Assembly (NCBI GenBank): GCA_964525635.1
Contig: CAZGJX010000065.1
Location: forward strand, 1 to 25,288
Length of the DNA: 25,288 nucleotides
Source of the DNA: an uncultured archaeon
GTDB lineage: Archaea > Asgardarchaeota > Lokiarchaeia > Sigyniarchaeales > SOKP01
Direction of reading: 5' to 3'
The notes beneath the pieces are model-generated. The model was not told where the DNA came from. It saw only the letters and a program-made list of their open reading frames with translations, and searched no databases. The stretch's first letter is position 1. Every line of letters begins with the position of its first letter. Made by a program: the position numbers and the translations under genes. Below, piece by piece: positions 18,283 to 25,288 of the stretch.

Positions 18283-19194
18283 ATGTCAAGAGTAAATAAA
18301 TATTTAATTATAGGTTCTGCGTCCCAAATCCTCGGTATTAAATTAGCAAAAGAATTAGAAATTGCATATATTGATACTGAGTTTAAGACTTTTCCTGATG
18401 GAGAAAAATATATTCGTATAAATTTAGAGGATGAAACTATTCTAAAAGATAAAGAAGTAATAGTAATACAATCAACTGGACCAAGTATAAGAAATGATCA
18501 AAATGCACAGCTTTTTGAATTATTAATGATAGTTAATGCTATAAAACGCATTGGTGCTGCTAGAATCATTGTTATTGTACCATATCTTGCATATGCAAGA
18601 CAAGATAAAATCTTTAGACCCGGGGAAACCGATTTTATAAGAACTCTTTTAAAAATAATTAATTCAATGGAAATTGATGAATTTTATGTTGTTGATATAC
18701 ATGAACCAAATGTTTTAAAAGAAATGACATGCAAAGTAGTAAATATAGATTCAATGAAATTATTAGCAGAATATATAAAATCTCTGGGAACTAATGATAT
18801 CGTTGTTGTTTCACCAGATAAAGGAGCAGTGGAAAGATCAAAAGCATTTGCAAAATATTTTGGAGAGAATATACCTATTGATGTTTTTGAGAAACATAGA
18901 GATGTAAAAACAGGAGAAATAATTATGTCGGGCTCGCTTAGTCTTAGAAATAAAGATGTTGTAATTTCAGATGATATTATTGCAACAGGGGGAACTATGG
19001 CAACAGCTATAAGTATTGCAAAACAAAGTGGTGCTAAAAAAGTATATGCAGCAACCACCCACGCATTATTATTAAAAGATGCAAAATATCGTATATTAAA
19101 AGCAGGTGCTGATGAAATTATAGGAACTGATTCAATAGATAATGAAGTAAGTAAAGTTTCATTAGCAAAAGCTATTGCAGATTATTTAAGATAA
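18283..19194 (+). CDS. prs: Ribose-phosphate pyrophosphokinase
   Basis: FPDGEKYIR, PYLAYARQDK, VDIH, VSPDKGA, DDIIATGGTM, TDSI. Confidence 0.97.
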   Translation: MSRVNKYLIIGSASQILGIKLAKELEIAYIDTEFKTFPDGEKYIRINLEDETILKDKEVIVIQSTGPSIRNDQNAQLFELLMIVNAIKRIGAARIIVIVPYLAYARQDKIFRPGETDFIRTLLKIINSMEIDEFYVVDIHEPNVLKEMTCKVVNIDSMKLLAEYIKSLGTNDIVVVSPDKGAVERSKAFAKYFGENIPIDVFEKHRDVKTGEIIMSGSLSLRNKDVVISDDIIATGGTMATAISIAKQSGAKKVYAATTHALLLKDAKYRILKAGADEIIGTDSIDNEVSKVSLAKAIADYLR

Positions 19195-19196
19195 AT

Positions 19197-19745
19197 TTAA
19201 TTTAAAGAATTCTTGATAATATTTTCTACTAATGTTTTAGCTCTATTTTCAAGTATTTTTATTGATGAGTTATTTAACAAAACATAATCAACAGTATCAA
19301 TCAATTTTTTAAGACCAAAATTAGCTTCTCTATCATCCCTTAACCTTAATTCCTCATAAGATTTAGGATCATCTCTTCTTGCTCTTTTTCTTATATCTTC
19401 GTATCTTTTATCCTCATCTTTGATAACTGCAATTAATATTAATTTCCAATATTTCTTAAAAACATTCACTTCTTCCATCGATCTCAATCCATCAATGAAT
19501 ATAATTTCTTCATCTATAGTATTAATGAATTCTATACATTTTTTAGCTATAATATCAACACCTCCTTTGTCACGTAATTCTCTAGCAATACTTCCCAAAT
19601 ATTCATCTGTTTGGGGAAGATTTCTTTTCTTTGCCTCGGTTCTAACAATATCACCCATATTAACCACGATTCCCATTGTTTTTACAGCATCTAATGCAGT
19701 AGATTTACCAGAACCAGGTAATCCACAAAAACCGATTATTATCAT
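19197..19745 (-). CDS. UPF0200-family nucleoside monophosphate/dephospho-CoA kinase-like P-loop protein
   Basis: GLPGSGKST, MGDIVR, IDGLRSMEEV, RARRDD, RDDRE; ATG 19745. Confidence 0.85.
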   Translation of the reverse strand: MIIIGFCGLPGSGKSTALDAVKTMGIVVNMGDIVRTEAKKRNLPQTDEYLGSIARELRDKGGVDIIAKKCIEFINTIDEEIIFIDGLRSMEEVNVFKKYWKLILIAVIKDEDKRYEDIRKRARRDDPKSYEELRLRDDREANFGLKKLIDTVDYVLLNNSSIKILENRAKTLVENIIKNSLN

Positions 19746-19892
19746 TTTTTTTCTTATTCCCAAAAAAAGATAGATTCTTAATATTTATTTTTTATTAAGT
19801 ATTTATAAAACTATTAGTTTCACGGCAATAAAAAATTAGTTTAATTTTGCTATTATTTCTAATAGATATTCTTAAAAAACAATAAAATACAT

Positions 19893-21080
19893 ATGAACGA
19901 TAGATCAAAAGAAAAAACAAAGCGCCATGAAAAGAGTGTATATGAGAAATCTATATCGCATCAAGATTTATGGGAATTTGTTAAGAGAAGTCAAGGGAAA
20001 GATATTAAACCCTTTAAAAAGATTATTTTAAATTGGAAGGCATATAGAAGAATTGTTGGGTATTCCATCAGATATGCTCATGACGAAATGAAGTCAAATC
20101 AATTGAAAGAAGTATATGGAATACTTATTGGATTAATTAAAGAAGAATCTGTAATTATAAAAGATGCTATTCCAATGATTTCTGGAGATAGAGCGGGTGT
20201 TGAATATGAAAATAAACAATATGTTGATATGGCACAAATAGATGCATCCATTCATGAACAAGCAATTAAAGATAAAGAAAATGAATTTATTATAGGTTGG
20301 TGGCATACTCATCCAGGATTTGGTTTTTTCTTCTCACCAATCGATTCTATAACGCAATTAGGATATCAAGTTCCCAATCCCCATGCAATTGGATTAATAT
20401 TTGACCATACTAAAAAAAATAATAATTCTTTAGGTATTGCAGCTTTAAGATTAAAAAACGCAAATAGAGGAGCTCTTGCGACCTACGAAATCATTAATCT
20501 AAATTACCACCCTAAAAAATCATCAATGCTTAAAAAAATAGATAAAATTATTGTAAATATAAAAAAAAATATGAAATTAATAGAAGAAAATATAAAATAT
20601 ATTCAGAATAGTATAAATAATAAATCAATAGCACAATTACAGGAAAAGTACGGTCTAATTGCAGATTTTCATCCCCCTTCTAATGTTATTGATGATTCTG
20701 GGGAAGTAGATGAATATTTGTATATATGGAAGGAAAATGAAAATAATGAAGAACTTTTACCCCAATTTAGACTAGAAATTGAAACTGAAATTAAAAAACA
20801 TGAAAAAACTCTAAAAAAATTGAAGAATGAAGGAGATATGGACAAATATGAAAAAACAAAGAATAAAATTGTTAAAAAAATAAAATCTAAATTAGAAAAT
20901 CCCAAAAAATTATTAGAATTAACTAAAAAAGATTATGAGAAGAAAAAAGAACAATTATCTTCTTTTTTAGATTATTTAGACACAAATGAAAGGAAAATCT
21001 TAGAAGATATCGATACCATAATATTAAAATATAATAAAGTCCTTGATAAATTGAATTTAGTAAGTGATTTTAACAATTAA
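19893..21080 (+). CDS. MPN+/JAMM metalloprotease (Rpn11/CSN5-like) with long coiled-coil C-terminus
   Basis: KEVYGILIG (catalytic E) and IGWWHTHPGFGFFFSPID (HxH-x7-S-x2-D intact), TQLGYQ, GLIFD. Confidence 0.9.
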   Translation: MNDRSKEKTKRHEKSVYEKSISHQDLWEFVKRSQGKDIKPFKKIILNWKAYRRIVGYSIRYAHDEMKSNQLKEVYGILIGLIKEESVIIKDAIPMISGDRAGVEYENKQYVDMAQIDASIHEQAIKDKENEFIIGWWHTHPGFGFFFSPIDSITQLGYQVPNPHAIGLIFDHTKKNNNSLGIAALRLKNANRGALATYEIINLNYHPKKSSMLKKIDKIIVNIKKNMKLIEENIKYIQNSINNKSIAQLQEKYGLIADFHPPSNVIDDSGEVDEYLYIWKENENNEELLPQFRLEIETEIKKHEKTLKKLKNEGDMDKYEKTKNKIVKKIKSKLENPKKLLELTKKDYEKKKEQLSSFLDYLDTNERKILEDIDTIILKYNKVLDKLNLVSDFNN

Positions 21081-21254
21081 CTCTTTATAATTCTTTGATT
21101 TATTAATGATACTAAATAATTCAAATACAAGTATAAAAATAAAAAAAAAGTAATAATATATAAACAAGTTTTATATTATATGGAATATTAAATATTATTG
21201 AAACCTTCTTTTAATTTGAACTTGGAGTATTCTATTATTAGGGTTCTATTGACG

Positions 21255-21560
21255 ATGAATAATATTATTAATGTTAAAAAAAGAAATGATAAAGATAAAG
21301 CAATAAAAGATGCTATTTTTGCCTTCTCAGGTGGTCAAAAATCTATTTTAATAAAAGGAGAGGGAAGAGAAATATCAACTGCTGTTGAAATAGCAGAAAT
21401 ATTGCGTCAGAGGTTATTTCCATCTATAGAAATATCAGATATAACACTCGGAAGTCGACCATTTTTTAAAAAAAGTGGAAGAGATTTTAGAAATAATAAA
21501 GTAATTAAAAATGATATTGTATCACAAATCGAAATACAGATTTCAAGAATTGAAATTTAA
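21255..21560 (+). CDS. Alba-family nucleic-acid-binding protein (divergent)
   Basis: ILIKGEGREISTAVEIAEILRQR...ITLGS...VSQIEIQISR parallels Alba IKARGRAISRAVDVAE..VSTIEI; ATG 21255. Confidence 0.82.
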   Translation: MNNIINVKKRNDKDKAIKDAIFAFSGGQKSILIKGEGREISTAVEIAEILRQRLFPSIEISDITLGSRPFFKKSGRDFRNNKVIKNDIVSQIEIQISRIEI

Positions 21561-21575
21561 ATAAGTGAATTAATA

Positions 21576-21737
21576 TTGACGTTTGAGAAATTAGGACCTT
21601 TACTTAAAGAAGATAGAACAACCGCAATCTGTCAAGTTTGCAATAACTATATCTATAAAAGAGTTTATTATGATGAAAATAGTTTAGGAAAAAAGAAAGT
21701 TATCTTTGTATGTAAAAATTGTCTCAATAACATCTAA
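21576..21737 (+). CDS. Zinc-ribbon microprotein (53 aa), not in ORF track
   Basis: TTG start. MTFEKLGPLLKEDRTTAICQVCNNYIYKRVYYDENSLGKKKVIFVCKNCLNNI has two CxxC pairs; begins 15 bp after the Alba stop. Confidence 0.7.
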   Translation: MTFEKLGPLLKEDRTTAICQVCNNYIYKRVYYDENSLGKKKVIFVCKNCLNNI

Positions 21738-21782
21738 TTCTAACTAATTTCAATTCTTTTAATAGAATAAAAAATCATATAT

Positions 21783-22796
21783 TCAATTTGATTGCTCTTG
21801 CTGATTATATAGCTCTAAACCACATTTTTCACAAATTAATTGCTTTTTATTTTTTGATATTATTCCACAATTTAAACATTTAATTCCTTTCCTTTTCACT
21901 AATTGAAAACCACATTTCTGACAATTCTTTTGTTTCTTATGTTCTGCTATTGAATCACAATTAGGACATATTACTACTTTTTCTACTAATTTCTTCAACT
22001 TTTTCTCCTTTAAGTATTTATTCCAATCAAATCCCATGATAAAGAACATGATTGTAATAGTAAATAGCAATAATATTGATTCAGTTATAACATCTCCAAA
22101 ATCATTTGTTTCCCCTCCCCCCAAAAAATTTATACCTAATTTAATTAATAATGGCCATAAACAATAGAATATAGTTGTAAAATTCTTCCCCAACCATCCA
22201 GGAATAATACATTTCCAAAAAGGATATTTCATCATTCCTAAAGGTAAAAATAGAATATCATCTGGAAGTGGAGTTAAGGCAAAAAAAAAAATAATTAAGG
22301 GAGTTCTTTTCTTATTTTGGAGTATCAATTTTCCAAATCCATCTACATTTTTTATAAATCCTGCTTCTTTTTTCTCACCTAATTTTTTAGCACCATATCC
22401 AACATAATAACCAGAAAATTCTCCTAAAGCAGAACCTAATCCTCCTGCTATTGCAATACCTAGTATCTCAAACCAAAAAAATGGAGTAGCAATAACCGCA
22501 TCAATAGATGATCCCATAGAATCCATATATCGACTTAAAATTGAGTTTGATAAAGAGAATAATACAAAAGGAAAAGGAATAGGAAATCCAATTGATGCAG
22601 ATCCTAGAAAACATATTATAAGTGAAATTAAGAGGGCCCAAAAATAATTATCTCCCTCAGTTAAAGCACTAAGATTCTGGCGTGTGCTAATCACAAAATC
22701 CTGAAAAGGTTGAATAAAGAAGAAAAGCAATAAGTATATAATCACAATTAAATAGATAACAATAAAAACATAAGTCAGTCTTTTCATGAAAACCAT
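21783..22796 (-). CDS. DedA/VTT-domain membrane protein with C-terminal tandem zinc ribbons
   Basis: FPIPF, GGLGSALGEFSGYYVGYG, FALTPLPDD, GWLGK; tail CPNC/CQKC/CLNC/CEKC. Confidence 0.85.
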   Translation of the reverse strand: MVFMKRLTYVFIVIYLIVIIYLLLFFFIQPFQDFVISTRQNLSALTEGDNYFWALLISLIICFLGSASIGFPIPFPFVLFSLSNSILSRYMDSMGSSIDAVIATPFFWFEILGIAIAGGLGSALGEFSGYYVGYGAKKLGEKKEAGFIKNVDGFGKLILQNKKRTPLIIFFFALTPLPDDILFLPLGMMKYPFWKCIIPGWLGKNFTTIFYCLWPLLIKLGINFLGGGETNDFGDVITESILLLFTITIMFFIMGFDWNKYLKEKKLKKLVEKVVICPNCDSIAEHKKQKNCQKCGFQLVKRKGIKCLNCGIISKNKKQLICEKCGLELYNQQEQSN

Positions 22797-22806
22797 ATTA
22801 TAACAT

Positions 22807-23202
22807 TTAATTTTTTATTTTTTTTTTTGATATTTTAGTATTTAAACCATTTTTAGCTTCCATAAATAATTCAATATTATTTTTAACTTCCCCAATTTTA
22901 TTAACCTTATTTAAAAATTCATGATCTTCCAATATAATCATTAATTCATCTGTTTTAGGATTATAAATAATATCTCCTTTATTTAATTCTTTTATAGCAG
23001 ATTTATTTAATCCCTTATAAATTTCAATACCAGGAAGTGTCCAGTATTTATTTGAACCAAAACTAAATCTTCCTCTTAATACCAATGGAAGTCTATCTAA
23101 AATAGCATCTGCAGAAAGAGGAGCTATATGACGAATTACTATTGCATTTAATACACCAATACCGAAAAGTTTTATTTCAATTGGGACATCTGCCTGAGAC
23201 AT
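22807..23202 (-). CDS. Cyclophilin-like fold family protein
   Basis: IRHIAPLSADAILDRLP, KGDIIYNP, VNKIGEV resemble the archaeal cyclophilin-like family. Confidence 0.7.
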   Translation of the reverse strand: MSQADVPIEIKLFGIGVLNAIVIRHIAPLSADAILDRLPLVLRGRFSFGSNKYWTLPGIEIYKGLNKSAIKELNKGDIIYNPKTDELMIILEDHEFLNKVNKIGEVKNNIELFMEAKNGLNTKISKKKIKN

Positions 23203-23399
23203 AATTTATAAGAGAAATTTATATTTTAATATATTAAAAATAATATTGAGATGGAAAAAAAAATTTATTTAATAAACAGAAAAGACTTATTTTTTTTAAA
23301 CTTATTGTGAAGAAAATTTTTACGTTATAGGTATTAATTTCCAGAGAACTATTTTACATTATAAAAAGATTTAAATATTCTAATTTTTATTATATTAAC

Positions 23400-23970
23400 G
23401 GACAATAGAAAATTTATGCATTGGTTTGAATTCAAGGATACTATTCAAAAGTACCTTTAGTTTAACTTAATTCGGGTGTAAGATAACAACCAATTTTTTT
23501 AGAATGATTTTTCTTGGATTGAAATTTTAAGTCTTATCATATGATTCGTGATTACCATACCCCCTTTAATCTCTAAGAAAAATAAATACAACCTAAAGAT
23601 TATAATTATCCCATATTTAATATTAACAGCTTGGTTTAATAGTTGTTGTTCAAAATATTATTAATATTTATACAATGAGAATTAATAGTAATTACAAATA
23701 AGTATTATTGATTTACATCCTTCAACAATAAATCTACTATAACATTCCTCTGATAATCTTATAATTTGAAGATTTGTTTTCAGGTGTTTTTTACTAAGTT
23801 TTAATTAAAAAATATAACAAATTTTCTCTGTAATGATCGTTATATTTTATTGTTGAGTTACTTGAGGGAAATATAACCCTAAATTAAATGCATTATACAT
23901 ATCTTACAATAATATCCAATTAACGAAGATTGACAATTATAAACCATTGTTTCGGAGAAATCTATTGTCC
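23400..23970. repeat. Segment bounded by nested inverted repeats (candidate MITE or folded RNA)
   Basis: GGACAATAGA (23400-23409) / TCTATTGTCC (23961-23970); TGTAAGATA (23477-23485) / TATCTTACA (23900-23908). No ORF of 60 aa or more inside. Confidence 0.4.
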
Positions 23971-24055
23971 ACCTTTTTTTTTTTAAATACTGTATATCCT
24001 CAACATAATTAAAATCAAAAAAAAAAAGATTTTTTTTTAAAATATGTATCTGTAG

Positions 24056-24973
24056 TTATTCCTTTGTTGTTACTATTGTTTTGCCATTCATATCTATTAA
24101 TATAGTATGTTCATTTTGAGCCACAGGTTTAAATGTTCGTTCGATTAAAGTTGGATATTTAACTATGATATTTTTACTTAGGAATATATTTAATATTCTT
24201 TGAATTTTATTTTTTGGTATAAGATTTTTCCTTTCTATCCAACGAGGAGAAAACGGTAGATTTCTGAAATTATTCATAATTTTATTGATATAACCTAAAG
24301 CTTCATAGGGCATATTTTTTGCTTTCTTCTTAATAAGGCGAAATATATAAGAATTTTTGCCGTTTATTACTCTACCTACACCAGAGGTTGCAAAAGGTTC
24401 ACAAGCATAAGCGTCTCCTGGTTTTAATACAGTATCATGAGTTTTATCCTTATAATTTGGAATAAATGGTCCAGCATGTAAATTATATTGGGCCAATTCA
24501 TGCCCTCCTAGATTAGTAACGGGTCTTAATCCTCTCTTGATAATTTCAGTAGCTATAACTTCTCCTAATTCATACAATTTAGTACCAGGTTTAAAAATTC
24601 TTATAGCCGCATTTAATCCTTCTTTTACTGCTTCAATATAATTCTGTAATTTTGGATCCTTATCTAAATTGATTGTAAAGGCAGAATCTGCAATAAATCC
24701 ATTATAATGTGCTCCTATATCTAATTTTAATAATCCTTTTTCAGGTATAATTGTATTATCGTCAATAGGAGGACTATAATGAGCCGCAATCTCATTTAAA
24801 GATATATTCATTGGAAATGATAATTCGGCACCCTTATTTATTATTTCATTTTCACATTTATTAGCTACTTCAAGAAAAGTAATTCCTGGTTTTATAATCC
24901 TTTTAGCTAAATTTTTTGCCGCAATTACTGCTTTTCCAGCTTTAATATAATCTTGTATATTATCTTCATTCAT
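24056..24973 (-). CDS. map: Methionine aminopeptidase type II
   Basis: AAHYSP, KLDIGAH, IADSAFT, NLGGH, LHAG, ACEPFATSG, AQNEHT, plus the type-II helical insertion. Confidence 0.96.
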   Translation of the reverse strand: MNEDNIQDYIKAGKAVIAAKNLAKRIIKPGITFLEVANKCENEIINKGAELSFPMNISLNEIAAHYSPPIDDNTIIPEKGLLKLDIGAHYNGFIADSAFTINLDKDPKLQNYIEAVKEGLNAAIRIFKPGTKLYELGEVIATEIIKRGLRPVTNLGGHELAQYNLHAGPFIPNYKDKTHDTVLKPGDAYACEPFATSGVGRVINGKNSYIFRLIKKKAKNMPYEALGYINKIMNNFRNLPFSPRWIERKNLIPKNKIQRILNIFLSKNIIVKYPTLIERTFKPVAQNEHTILIDMNGKTIVTTKE

Positions 24974-25012
24974 AATGCTTATATAATTATTATGTATAAT
25001 TAAAAAAAAAAT

Positions 25013-25288
25013 TTAGGGTGTTAATCTTTCAGGCGTTCTGGGATACATTACTGCTTCTCTGATATCTTCCAATCCACATAAAAATGTCAACCATCTAGCT
25101 ATTCCCAATCCTACACCTGCATGAGGTGGCATTCCAAAATCAAAAGTATTTAAGTGAGACTCAAAAGATATAATATTCAATCCTTTAGATTCTAACGTTG
25201 AGAGTAATTGTTTTTTATTATGTACTCTTGTTCCACCAGAAGTGAGTTCTAACCATCCCATTTGTAAATCAAATGATTCACTATATTT
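25013..25288 (-). CDS. aspS: Aspartyl-tRNA synthetase, C-terminal part (runs off window end)
   Basis: Frame open to the window edge: KYSESFDLQMGWLELTSGGTRVH...GMPPHAGVGLGIAR...IREAVMYPRTPERLTP. AsnRS not fully excluded. Confidence 0.85.
   Translation of the reverse strand, partial: KYSESFDLQMGWLELTSGGTRVHNKKQLLSTLESKGLNIISFESHLNTFDFGMPPHAGVGLGIARWLTFLCGLEDIREAVMYPRTPERLTP

Noticed and set aside
996-20905. Short overlapping ORFs in the track (996-1178, 1921-2103, 6655-6849, 11129-11407, 12606-12833, 13723-13956, 14104-14406, 14145-14330, 15384-15605, 17035-17223, 18684-19058, 19420-19773, 20669-20905)
   Set aside because: Antisense or alternate-frame shadows of well-supported genes, with no motifs.
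23274-23290. AAACAGAAAAGACTTAT resembling the RNase P RNA 3' conserved region
   Set aside because: No upstream GAGGAAAGUCC partner or GC-rich stems; the upstream sequence is a coding gene.
1-25288. CRISPR array, rRNA or tRNA genes
   Set aside because: No regularly spaced repeats or GC-rich structural RNA signatures seen.

Overview
Very AT-rich, gene-dense archaeal chromosomal segment. Gene content points to an Asgard archaeon of the Lokiarchaeia type (inference from archaeal-type pfdB, Cgi121, RibK/RibL, SepRS, ThrRS, MetAP-II and Alba occurring alongside eukaryotic-signature proteins). It is mostly housekeeping: translation and tRNA maturation (pfdB, DHH phosphoesterase, cgi121, THUMP, tsaC/sua5, sepS, thrS, map, partial aspS), flavin cofactors (ribK, ribL), prs and an MfnD-like ATP-grasp ligase. 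Interspersed are eukaryote-like trafficking/ubiquitin proteins: a longin + NPRL2-like winged-helix protein, a Rab-like GTPase, a protein with Bro1/ALIX-domain motifs, an intact-JAMM MPN protein and a DedA/VTT protein with zinc-ribbon tail. Signals missing from the ORF track: an orphan IS200/IS605 right end with a TnpB omega-RNA-like scaffold (about 9560-9708), a 53-aa TTG-start zinc-ribbon microprotein (21576-21737) and a 571-bp segment bounded by nested inverted repeats (23400-23970). No rRNA, tRNA or CRISPR array was seen. All family calls are by-eye motif recognition against recalled reference sequences; no searches were run.
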